Shown here: piece by piece, positions 29,600-43,085 of the stretch | Layout: every line of letters begins with the position of its first letter | How positions within the stretch are numbered: position 1 is the first letter of the stretch | From: the human T2T-CHM13v2.0 reference genome, Homo sapiens | DNA: 64,000 nt | Strand: one strand, 5' to 3' | Assembly (NCBI RefSeq): GCF_009914755.1 | Contig: NC_060943.1 | The notes under the pieces: model-generated | The model's database searches: none | The model's input: only the letters and a program-made list of their open reading frames with translations | What the model was told of the DNA's origin: nothing | Position numbers and translations under genes: made by a program

Positions 29600-30210
29600 G
29601 GGGTAAGGACGTGACTCAGGACTGGCCAATCAGCGTCTTCTATGCTCCTGGATACAGTGGCTGGTTCAGTGATGAGCCCATGGTCCAACAGCATCCAATT
29701 CTGGAATTTCTAATGGAATTATTTAGAAATGGAAGCTCTACGGCCGGGCGCAGTGGCTCAAGCCTGTAATCTCAGCACTTTGGGAGGCCAAGTTGGGCGG
29801 ATCACTTGAGGCCAGGAGTTCAAAACCAGCCTGGCCAACATGCCGAAACCCTATCTTTACTAAAAATACAAAAATTAGCCCGGCATGGTGGCACACACTT
29901 GTAATCACAGCTACTCGGGAGGCTGAGGCACGAGAATCGCTTGAACTCAGGAGGTCGAGGTTGCAGTTGAGCCAAGATCGCATCATGCACTCCAGCCAGG
30001 GCGAGAGAGTGAGACCCTGTCTCAAAAGAAAGAAAGAAATGGAAGCTTTAGTCCAAGTTGTTGGGTGTCTGTTTGGAAGCCTTAGTTACTGGGAATCCCC
30101 AACAAGTGGCTGAAGCCAGCGCAAAGGATGGCAAAAGCAGGAGATGGAATGGGAAAGGACTCTAGATGACATAATTTGGGCTGCTGGATCCAGCCATGCC
30201 TGAAGATGAA
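29600..30210 (+). mobile_element. MLT1-type LTR fragment interrupted by a sense AluS (29742-30035)
   Basis: gtgactcaggactggccaatcag... and ...ctggatccagccatgcctgaag; Alu TSD agaaatggaagct on both sides. Confidence 0.65.
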
Positions 30211-31584
30211 TCCTGATTGTTTTCCTCATTGTGCCCGGCTCTGTTCCTGAATCTCCATCTAGAGGCAGAATTTTTGGTGAGATGTGTCAGTGTCGTGTGC
30301 CCTTTTCTGATCAGGCCACTCGAGCTGGGATCCTGTGTGCATAAGCCGGTTACTGAGAGCTAGAACCTGCGTGGGGTGAGGGGCCTGTCAGGGCAACCAG
30401 CACACAGCTGGGCTCACCAACTACAGGAGCTGGATACGTGGGTGAGAATGGGAGTCAGGTAGCTCCCTGCAAAGGCCTGTCCTCGGGGGTGAGTTTGGGA
30501 GAAGACTTCATGGGAAGTAGCTCATGATTTTCCAATTATTAAACCTAGAAAAAGAACCAGCAGAACATTCTCTTTGCCTTCATCTTTCTGTCTTTCCAAT
30601 GGGTACCTTGACACGTCCAGGGCACTGAGCTGTGGAGAACCGGTTAATTTTGTCAGATGTCAGCCTTCCTGACACTGGAATGTAAGCTCCCGATGGCAGA
30701 ACTCCTGCAAAAAGTGGCTCACTGCTGTGTCTGCGGCTAAGGAGAGCTCTCGGCACTCAGTGAATACTTGGTGAATGAGGAAAAGGCGTGATGCTGTCAC
30801 TCTCTTTCTCGAAACACTCAAATGCCTTCCTATTGCAGCTAAAATATATAAAAGCTATACTTTTTGCTCTGCCCTCTAAGTAGAGTGACTGTGTCATTTG
30901 TTGAACAAGCAGGGGCATTTTTTTTTGCAGGTCAAAGGGAATGCTACCAATTAGGCTGGAACAATGGGAGCAAGCCAGAATTATTCCAGGCAAAGTGGGA
31001 TGCATGCCTTCCCCAGATCCAAGGCCCCCCGGGATGCTGGTTTCTGTCCCAGGCGTCAGCCTCATTTTCTGCCCTCCGAGTCATGGGCCACACCGACCCT
31101 CCATCAGAACTTCGCACTGTCTGTTTCTCTATCTGGAGAAGTCCTTTGAGTGGCTCAGTCTTTTCTGGCACCTCGGTTTCCACTGCACACCACCTACTCA
31201 AAGAACCTACCCAAAGAACTCTTTTCTGACACCCATCCTCACCCAGGCAGCCTCTACCAATAGGCTGTGTTTCCTGTTCCTCATTGCCCTGGACTCTATG
31301 CAGGCAGGCAGGGAGTGAGCACTGAATTTCAGGGCACAGCTCCCAAGCTTCTGTCATCCTCCGAGTAGGTGCTTGTGTGCCCAGCACGTGTCTTCAAAGG
31401 GAAAGTGAAGTGAAGCCAGTGTCAGCGCAGAAGTGGGGTGGAAGGGGAGGAAAGACAAAGGAAAGGCAAGAAGAAATGAAGCCTGTGGCAGAGAGGCCAA
31501 GTCACGGCTCTATGCACAGCTTCAAAACCAGTGAGTCCACTCCAGAAATCAGATGCACTTTGACCTCAATCACTGCGGCACCTC

Positions 31585-31874
31585 TTTTTTTTGTTTTGTT
31601 TTGCACTCTTGTCGCCCAGGCTGGAGTGCAATAGAGCCATCTCGGCTCACTGCAACCCCTGCCTCCGGAGTTCAAGTGATTCTCCCGCCTTAGCCCCCCA
31701 AGAAGCTGGGATTCCAAGTGCCTGCCACCACACCCGGCTAATTTTTGTATTTTTAGTACAGAGGGGGTTTCGCCATGCTGGTCAGGCTGGTCTTGAACTC
31801 CAGGACTCAGGTGATCCACCCTCCTCGGCCTCCCAAAGTGCTGGGATTACAGGCATGAGCCACCACACCCGGCC
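31585..31874 (-). mobile_element. AluS
   Basis: Antisense dimer; flanking ggcacctctttt repeat. Confidence 0.9.
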
Positions 31875-32214
31875 TGGGGCACCTCTTTTAAGATGTGTTT
31901 GGAAGCGACATTTGAATGCAGATTCCCCCTGCCCCGCCCCATGGCTGGAATTCCTGTAGACACATGCAGGAATTGTGCAGCCACAGAGGCCACCACATAC
32001 GTTCCTCATTTTCCCGATTTCCTCTGTCCTTGCTGCTACTGGGGCTCTGTAACATTGTCCCAGCTGTGTTTGTCATTTGGCTCTGGCTTTCCATGCACAC
32101 CTGTGGGTGTTTGTTTATAGAATGCAGACACCACCCCTTTGGCTGCCACGAGGGACTGGCCCTGGGGACTGGCCTCCAGGATCCCCAGACAGATTTGCTT
32201 CTCTGCCTTCTAAT

Positions 32215-32990
<776 letters not shown>

Positions 32991-33162
32991 GCGGGTAAGG
33001 CAACCGGGAACAAGTCTATGCTCAGTCTTGGTGCAAATCCTCCTTTTCTGTGGCTCCATCCACCTCTGGCCACAGAGCTTCCTCACTGGGCTGACAGAGG
33101 TCCTTTTGCTGGTTACAACCCATGCTCCACACACCAGCAGAGTGATCTTAATAAGCAAACCT

Positions 33163-33475
33163 GGCCTGGTACGGTGGCTAAGGCCAGTCATCCCAGCACT
33201 GTGGGAGGCTGAGGGGAGTGGATCGTTTGAGCCCAGGAGTTTGAGACCAGCTTGGGAAGCACAGCAAGACTCCGTCTCTACAAAAAATTAAAAAGTTAGC
33301 TGGGTATGGTTGGACATGCCTGTAGTCTCAGCTACTTGGGAGGCTGAGGCAAGAGGATAGCCTGGGCATGGAAGGTCAAGGCTGCAATGAGCTATGATCA
33401 CACCACTGCACTCTAGCCTGGGCAACAGAGTAAGACCCTGTCTCAACAACAACAACAACAACAACAAACAAACAG
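33163..33475 (+). mobile_element. AluJ with (AAC)n tail
   Basis: Sense dimer; flanking aagcaaacctg repeat. Confidence 0.88.
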
Positions 33476-33479
33476 AAAG

Positions 33480-34070
33480 CAAACCTGTCCTCCATGTTCT
33501 GTATGGCTCCTGTTGCTCTTGGGATATTGACTAAATCTGAACCCCTGCGTGTGAGAGCCTGTGTAGTCTGACCCAGCTGACCCTCTGACCTCGCCTCTTG
33601 TCCTCCACCTCCCTTACGCCCCACTCCCTGCTCTGTGCACTGTGGCCACACTGGATATTTTTCAGGACCTAAGAATGTCATGCTCCTTCTCAATTCTGAG
33701 TTTTGTATATGCTGTTCCCTCTGCTGGGATTCTTTTGCTCCAACCCCAGCTACTTATAAATACCACTTCAGATCTTCAGATCTCAGCTTAAGAAAACACA
33801 CCCCTAAGAGTGACTTCCCTGAGTCTACAAAGCAGGTGAGGACTCTGGGCAGACACTCTCACCACCCCTGAATTTCCTTACTTCACAATATGTGTCACAA
33901 CTGCAATTAGCTAATAAATTGTGTCACTCTCTGTTTACTGTCTGTCTCCCCAGAGAAACTAGGAGCTCCCCAAGATCCTGGTCTGTCTGTCTGTTTCACT
34001 GCTGTGTTCACAGCATAGTGCCTGGCACATAGGAGGCACTCCACCAACACTTGATGAATGAATGAAAGGA
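33480..34070 (+). mobile_element. L2 3' fragment
   Basis: ttcactgctgtgttcacagcatagtgcctggcacataggaggcactc...tgaatgaatgaa L2 terminus. Confidence 0.65.
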
Positions 34071-34129
34071 GGACTTCCAGTTCCCAGTACAGGCACACTT
34101 GATTATTTGGGCTTATCCTCTTGCTGTAA

Positions 34130-35130
34130 ACAGCTGGATTAAAAAAAATTAAAATGTATTAAAAGGAAGGAAGGGGACCACCAGGCCAAAATTGAGGAGA
34201 AAAGGAATCCAGACAGGTGAGCAAGAGAAGAAGCCACTTTTTCCCTGGGACACATTCTGCACCCCAAAAATGCAAATCTTGTTTTGATAGCTTCATGGAA
34301 TGAAAGAGACAGAAATCAGACTTTGGGGCTCATACAAGGTGGGGCATATAATAGGACACCCATCCCATGTTGATGCAGAACTTCAAAGGGCTACACCCTC
34401 GGGATAAAGGTGAACCAGAAGTAAACCAGAAGTAAACCAGCCCTCATATGAACTTCCAATCTAAGTTCTCATCTCCTGGATGGGATAGGGACCACTAAAC
34501 CTTAATAGTTGATTAAGGTGTCCCTGGAATGTCAGTATTCCTTGGTGTTTGGCAGGAGAAAATGAAAATGATCTCCAGTGGAAGGCACCTTTGTCCTAAA
34601 TCTTTCTTATAAACGATTTATCAAAACAATGACCAGCACATAGTCAAAGATAATCAGACACACACACAAGACACTGTGAGTAAAAATTGGAAGAACTGAT
34701 ACACAGACTTCAAATTATTGACTATAAAGTAATTGTGCCTATGATGTTTAAAGAAATAAGACATGCTTAAAAATAACTGCAGAAATGGGAATCTATAAAA
34801 AGTGAAATATCAGATCTGCAAAAGAATCAAGTAGGATCTCTAGAAATGAAAACTACAATAACCAAGACCAAGAACATCAATGGACAGGTTTAACAGATTA
34901 AACACAGCTGAGAAGAGAATTAGTAAACTAGAAAGGATGTCAGAAGAAATTATCACAATTGTAGTACATAAAGACAAAAAGAAAATACAAAAGAGAAGAT
35001 ATGAGATAAAGAATAAGACCTAATATATTTCATATTGTCCTTGAAGGTGAGGAGAGAGGAAATGGAGTGGAGCCATTGTTTTAAGGATGAATATGGGTAA
35101 ACATTTTCTGGAACTGATACATGACTGTGT
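34130..35130 (+). mobile_element. Old L1ME 5'/ORF1 fragment
   Basis: A-rich; acacagctgagaagagaattagtaaactagaa resembles L1M ORF1. Confidence 0.6.
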
Positions 35131-38009
35131 GAGAAGAAAAACTGAGTCATTGTGCCTTGGTGACAATCAATCCATCTCCCATGTTTCAGACAACCTAGAA
35201 TTCAAAACATACTAATGGGAGATTCTGGACCTAGTCTACTCTTGGTCAAAGGCCACAGTGTTGTACAATACCAAGTAAAATATAGCAAATGACACATGAA
35301 AACAAGATCAAGAGTGAGAAATCAACTCTTGCCTGTCTCCTGCCTCTGTGGTTCACCCCTGCCTTCTTAGGAACTATTTGGGCCACTCTGAGATGACCAC
35401 AGCTGTGTCCTCCTGTTCCTTCTTCCCTCCCATGGGCCTTGCTGACCAGCACTAGGAGATAGCAAGACAACATTCCACAGGCAACTGGGGGTCCAGTGGC
35501 ATGAGTGGGTGGGTGAGGAATGCCTCTCTCCCACCCTGATTCAGTGCTGATGCTGATATCTTCCTCCTAGACACTGTTCCTCTTCTGTCCACCGACCTTT
35601 GTCTCCCCATTCTGTGCCTGGGCCCTTAAGGGTGCTTGGTGGAGACTCATTCACTAGCTGACTGATATGAATTGGTCCAAAGGAGCTTTGTCCCTCGCTT
35701 CCCAGCACACCAGCATCACCTGGGACCTGGCTGTCAAAGACCTAGGAGCTGGGCTCCAGGGGCAGGCAGGGTATTACCCAACCCTGGGTCCTACCATCCT
35801 CTACCTCCCAGCCTTGTGCTTTCTTGGACAGGCGAGTGATCTGGCTGGCAGGTGGGTAGCTTGTTTGTGACTCACGCTCCCCACCTTGGTGGCCAGGTGG
35901 CCTGGTCCCTGGCCTCCTCATGGTGACTCGTCCTGGAATCAGGTTCCTGCAGTTGCTCTGTTCTGGAGGGACACCATTCATCATCTTGCCTCTGGGAATC
36001 TCGGCACGCCTCTCAGACATGCTCAAACAGAGAGGCTGCCAAACCTGTGCCGGGTCACACAGCAGGTGTGTGATGAGGCCAGGGCGCACACACAGTCCCA
36101 CACCCCCAGTGGGCGGGAAGGCAGGCCCAGCCCTTGTGTAACCAGCGTCAGGGCCTGGGCACTGTGAGCAGCTTCATGGTGGAGCTCAGGGAGGCCCTGG
36201 TCCCACCCTTGTCCTCAGGCATGTGCCAGATTCCCCCACCCCCAGCAGCAGGTCCCTCCAGGCCCCTGTGCTGGGCAGGACACCAGTCCCAGGGCAAAAG
36301 CAGAGAGGGGTGGCCAAGTGGTGGTTGATCTCTCAGCCCCTAATGAGCAAAGCCTGGGGTGTCATGTGGTCTCCCAGATCTGGCTCTGCAATGTCTCAGA
36401 CATGCCGTTCGATTTTGAAATTCTCAAAGATGTTCCAAACAGCATGCAGTTGATTTAATTTTTTAAATTGAAAACTAAAGGAAATTGAGTTGAAGAATGT
36501 TGAGTGGAGGCAGTGGCGGGAGGTGTGATGGAATTGAGCCAATCATGAGGGCATTGGGGAAACAGGAGCATTTCACTCCCCTGGGTGGATTTGGGGGTAC
36601 AGAGGGTTAAACTACCCCACTGGATGGGGAGTCTAGGAGCTCAGGTGCCGCTCCTGCCTGTGTTCCAGCCCTGGTCTTATCACTGCTTCCGGTGAGAAGG
36701 GTCCCTGAGGGGCCTAGGCTCTATGGCACTGGGCACCTGGCTGGGGCATCTCCTAGGATGCCTGGCTCCTGGGTGAGCGGCTGGGACCCTGAGGAGTCTG
36801 ATGCTTCCCAGGGAGGCAGAGGAACCCAGAGCAGGCTGCTGTCCCTCCAGCGTGGCTCACGCACCGCCCCCAGGCAGCGCTGCCCCATATAGCAACATCA
36901 CTGCCTCACTCAAGATGCTCACCTCACCTCTGACACATTTCAGGCTTGGAGCCATCGTCCCCACCTCCCCTCGGCTCAGGGGCCTGGCCTGTGACTCATG
37001 CCTCCACCTCTCCCAGACAAGATTGCTCCTTGAACAAAGGAGCACAGGCCTTGGTGAACTTGGGAATTGCACTTGAGGGGACCCTGAGCCCCTGGGTCTG
37101 ACCCCTCCAGCCCTGCATCGGCCTTGAGATCACATGCAGGTGGCACGTGGCTGCACCCGCACCAGCACCCCCACATCGCCCCTCTCCCCGGTTGCTCTGG
37201 GAGTCACCCACACCCCAGCCTCTCCTCTGTCCTTTCTGCTGCCCTGCACCGAGCCCAGCTGATCTGCAGGGTGAAGAAGCCAATGATTTAAGGCCTCCCA
37301 GCCCCTCTTCATAATTGTGGCCCTCCTTTGCCTTGGCAAGTGGAATCCAACAGCTTCCTGTGCTTGAACAGGGAGACGAAGGGGCCCAAGAGCTGCCTGC
37401 CTTCCTTGCCTGAGGAGTTTGCTTATTAACTTGAATTACCCTCGTGGTAGCATTCCTGGCAGGGCAGGGAAGAGCAGGGTTGGTTTCTAGAACCTTTTCC
37501 TGTTGGCGGCCCCGGCGCTAGGGAAGCTTGGCTGAGGCCTCCTCCTACCTGCCTTCTTGCCCCTCCTCCAGGACACCCCAGGACCCCAGAAGCTTCCCTG
37601 GTTGTTGGAAGCCCTGCCTGGGTGGCTCTCCTGCAGGGCTCACGCTGACCTCCTGGGCCCGAGCTGGGTTGGGCAAATGGAAACCAGCTGTGATGCCAAG
37701 TGCTGAGATGACACAGTTGAGAAGTGAGGGGGCAAGGGAGCAGGATGTGTCCCCCACCCCTGACACACACAGCACATGTCTCTGGCTCCCTTCTCACCAG
37801 CAAGGGGAAGGCAGGACCCCCACCCTCACCCCTTTACTTGCTGAGGTCACAGCCTTCCAAACAGAAGTTAACTGGGAGGCCCTTGGGGCCGAGGACTCTC
37901 TCAGTACCTGGGGAGGCTGCCACCCCAGTGAGAATACTTGTTCTCTCTTGAACTCCCCATGGGTCGTCACCTGGGATTCTGCACTTGTATGAAGGACATT
38001 AAAACAAAT

Positions 38010-38132
38010 CTTGTAGAGATGGGGGTCTGGCTATGCTGCCCAGTCTTATCTCAAACTCCTGGCTTCAAGCCATCCTCCCACTTCGGCCTCCCAAAGCGCT
38101 GGGATTACAGGCATGAGCCACTGCGCCTGGCC
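38010..38132 (-). mobile_element. Alu monomer (FLAM-like)
   Basis: Left-arm Alu sequence. Confidence 0.8.
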
Positions 38133-38929
38133 CACGAAGAGCATTTTACTTCGACAAGCACACGGGGCACCTGTGCCTGCTCATCTGAGTGTCGTACAGG
38201 CTTTGACCACTGTGCTTAGCCTTCAAAGTCACTGGCAAGGGGGCTCTGCCCCCAGAATGAGCTCATTAAGTGTTTTCTAAGCAAATGAAAGGCATCCTTT
38301 GTGGGGGGGAGGGGGTGTGGAAATCTAAGCAACATTAAAATGACTTCAGTTGTTTGGTTATTTGGAACAAGCATTTTGCCCTAAATTCTTAAGAAGGCTG
38401 TCTCCTTCCACTGCGTTTTTCAGGGACCAAGGTGTGCCCTAGCCTCCCACTCTGCCTTCTGCCCCAGCACGTGGGAATCATTAGCTGGAGCCAAGTGTCT
38501 CATAAGCTTTCCCTGTTTATCTTTCACAACTCCATGACATGCTACTTGTTTTGCATACATTTTGCATAAAAGGAAACTGAAGCTCGGAGAAACTGACAGA
38601 CTCAGTGCGGGGCCACCCAGTCAGCAGGAGGCAAGGCCAGGATTTGGTTTGATGCCAGGATGGCACGGCCCTCTTCCCATGGGCCATCCTCATCACGGGA
38701 TGGGAGAAACGGGAAACGCCTCCTTGTCACCCGTGAACAAACTGCTTTGCTCCAGAAACCGACTCAGCACACACCTCGAGTGTGCACTCTGTCAGGGTGC
38801 CCGGGCTTCACTTACGTGTCCGGTACGAGACTGAAGGCCCACTGTGAGCCAGGGTTCTGTAGCCTTCAGCTCCATGCCCAGTGGTCCTGGCTCCAGGCAA
38901 GTAGCACTTGTGATGCTGAATGAGGCATA

Positions 38930-39500
38930 TATTTCAGCATGACAGACCACAGTGCCTTCAGATTGTTCCGGGATAAATCCTTTGTCCTGTGGCCTCCTGG
39001 GCTAAGGCCAATTAAACAGCTGCCAGGTAGGGCTTATTCCCTATAAATCAGTGGGAATGTGGCCACATGAATTTTAAATATCAGATTAAAATCAAATTAG
39101 TGGGAAAATTTGGAACAAATTGCCTTCAAGTACAGTGAATGAGTCTATTTTTAAAACACTGCCGCACCAGGCAAAAGAGTGAAGCAAACACACATTTCCT
39201 AACAGCGAGTAGACACCGTGCTGGGAGTGATCTGTCATGCTTAGTCACGGTAATTGCTCTAGCAAAACTCAGGAATCAAATAAAACGTGTTTGCAAATTG
39301 TAAATCGCTCCAGGAGGCTACTTCAGACGGGTCCTAACCTGATGCTGAAGGTCACGGCGGCTCCCTTTGGAGCAGACACCCAGCCCTGACGCCCCCTTGA
39401 CCCATCCCCACCCCCTTTCTCTGAGCAGGGGTTGAGCCGGCTGAGACCATTGCCCAACATGTGCACGGGAAAGGCCGCTGTAAATCAGCCACATTTCCGC
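38930..39500. promoter_or_regulatory. Candidate +9 kb enhancer (mouse +8 kb ortholog)
   Basis: Repeat-free AT-rich block with PBX-HOX ATAAATCA 39043 and GTAAATCA 39480, MEIS TGACAG 38940 and CTGTCA 39232, RUNX ACCACA 38946, FOX GCAAACA 39184 and TGTTTGC 39288, AP-1-like TTAGTCA 39241. Confidence 0.6.
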
Positions 39501-40160
39501 ATCTGCGGGAGGGCATGGCATTCTTGGGGGGTGCTGGGGAGGGTGCTCTGGTTGGCTGGAGGGAGGTGAGGGAGTCTCCGAGGCCACCATGGCCGAGGCA
39601 GAGAAGAAATGGCGGCGGTGGCTCAGGGAAGAGAGGCTGTGTTTCTGGTGAAAGGTTGGGCTGCCATTTGGCTGAAGAAAAGATCTTCAGATCCAAGAGG
39701 GCTTGGGACAGGCGGTGAGGGCTCCCTCAAGCCCCGTCCGGGTCCCTGTGTGACATGCCCTGGCTCTAGGCCACCACATTTGGTCCCTAGCCTCCCCACC
39801 CTCAGGCTGTAGTCCCTCAATAACAACCTTGCCAGTCGTCCTAGAGTGGAGATAAGAGGAGAGACATGAAGCCTTGAAATAGCTTTTAAAGCAGAAATGT
39901 GGCCGTTCTCGTTCCCCCGTGCTCACCTGCGGCTCCTGCAGCTTGGGGGCAGACAGGGCTGCTTCTCCCCTACCCTGTCCTCTCTTTTGGAAATCTTACC
40001 TCCTCCCCGCACAGTCTCCTGCAGAGCATGACTGTCTCTCTGGGGCCTGGCCAGACCTCTGATTCTGGTGATAAACTAATCACATGAAGGCAGGGAAGAT
40101 TATCTAGGACCGGATGGGTTACCTTTCTTAGGATTCTTGAATGTTAAAAGTAACTTCAGG

Positions 40161-41020
<860 letters not shown>

Positions 41021-41749
41021 AAGTAACTGTAGAAGCTGCAACTCAGTGGGCCACCACGGGGGAGCCTTATTTATTGTGCTCTTGCGTTGCCTCTGACAAT
41101 GGTGCGGCTTGCTTGGCGGACCTTGGGCCAACCCAATGGACCCTTGGATAGAAAGGAGAGGGTGAGGATGTCTTGTAAAGAAGGAGAGAGATCCTTGCAT
41201 TCAAACACGTATGTTCAAGATCTGCATAGCCAGACACTGAAAATCTGCTGCGGCCAAGTTCAGTAGGAGGCCAAGACAGGCAGGAAGGACCCCAGGAGTG
41301 GTCATTTGATTTGGCTTTAGGGGCTGGTGTGACCTTGAGGAGAAGAGTTTCCAGGGAGGATAAAGGTGGAGGATGAGGATGAGGGGACAGTGAGGATGAG
41401 TGTCAGAAAATGGCTCTCTGGCTATGTGACAACCACAAAGGATGTTTCTTAAACAAGCTAGTTTCCCACCCCAGCTTGATGGCTGCAGGAGAACTACGTC
41501 TTTAAGTCGGGTGAGCCTGCAGACAAGTCTGAAAAACGGGGCTGCTATAGAAGAGTCTCACTTCTTGGCTCTGCCTAGAAAAGGCTTTGAATTCGTAGAG
41601 GATTCTTTGCCTGTCGCCCTGGTCCAGCCTCTTCTGGGCCCCTCGAGGTAGCTGGGCAGTGTGAACCCTGTGCCCCGTTGCCCCAGAAATCATGCTGGCT
41701 TTTGAGAGCTCAGCTGGTCTTGCTCAAAGTGTCTACCACTTTGCATTCT

Positions 41750-42031
41750 GTTTTTTCTTATTTTTGAGACAGGGTCTTGCTCTGTTGTCCAGGCTGGAGT
41801 GCAGTGGTGTGATCTACAGCCTCCAACTCCTAGGCTCAAACGATCCTCCCACCTCAGCCTCCCGAGTAGCTGAGACTACAAGCATGTGACACCACACTTG
41901 GATAATATTTTTGGAGACAAAGGGTCTCACTATGTTGCCCAGACTGTTCTTGAACTCCTGGGCTCAAGCAATCCTCCCACCTCAGTCTCTCAAAGTGCTG
42001 GAATTACAGGTATGAACCACTGCACCCAGCC
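41750..42031 (-). mobile_element. AluJ
   Basis: Antisense dimer; flanking ctttgcattct repeat. Confidence 0.88.
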
Positions 42032-42800
42032 TTTGCATTCTAAGGGGAGTTTCTGGACTTCAGGCCTACTGGAGTTCCCCAACACTGTCTTCTGCTATTG
42101 TCAAGCACAGGCAGCGGATGTGGGCACAGCAAATGGAGAGAAAGGGTGTCTATGCCAGCCAAACCCGGAGAGGCCTGTTCCTAGTGGGTGGGGCCAGAAG
42201 GCTAGAAAAATATAAATAAAAACAAACCGAAGGGAAGCAAAGCTCTTGGGTGCCAGAACGGGGCTGGCCAGGGCTGCAGCTGTCTGAGTAATGGGTTCCA
42301 CATTTGTCTGGCTTGGTCTGCAGCCACCAGGATCCAGGGTGCACTGTGGGCCTTGCAAGGGCTGGAGGGGACAGTGCAGCTGCAGCTGGACCTAGCATAC
42401 CCTTACGGCGGCCCCATCCCCGGCCGCCACAACAGGGTGGAGATGTCGCTGCGAGCTTCCACTTCGGCACCCCAGCTTCCCTCCCCTCACAGCCCCACCC
42501 CTGCCTGGGGCTCCTGGGTTCCCCCGGCCAACACAGATTGTTCGTGTTATTAATGCCGTTTTCCCAGAGATTCCATCTGGCTTTTTAATTGCTCTGGGAT
42601 GGGGCTAGGATGCTTTGATAGTGAATCGGTATCTTCCCTGGGCCTCAGCTTACGTCAAACACTCCATCGGCAGAGAGGGGCGTGGGGGAGGGGGAGAGGT
42701 GGGGTTGTCCAGAGAGAAGAGATAGCAAGAGTCTTTCACAGAATCAAGAAAGCTTTCAAAGGTGCTAGTGGGTTAGTTTTATCTAAAGAAAGGAAAAAGA

Positions 42801-43085
42801 GGCCTGGCAGGGTGGCTCACGCTTGTAATCCCAGCACTTTGGGAGGCTGAGGAGGGAAGATCACTTGAGGCCGGCAATTCTGAACCAGCCTGGGAAACAC
42901 AGTGAGACCCCCACCTCTACGAAAAATAAAATTAATCCCAGCAGCTACTTAAAGGCTGAGTAGGAGGCTGAGGCACGAGGATTGTATGAGTTCAGGAGTT
43001 TGAGGTTGTGGGAGTGGTGACTGCACCACTGTACACCATCCTGGGTGACAAAGTGAGACCCTGTCTCTAAAAAAAGAAAAGAACA
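42801..43085 (+). mobile_element. AluJ
   Basis: Diverged sense dimer. Confidence 0.85.

Noticed and set aside
41040-41700. Possible processed pseudogene fragment
   Set aside because: Only a ~10-nt chance match to a recalled cDNA; no extended homology, poly(A) or TSD.
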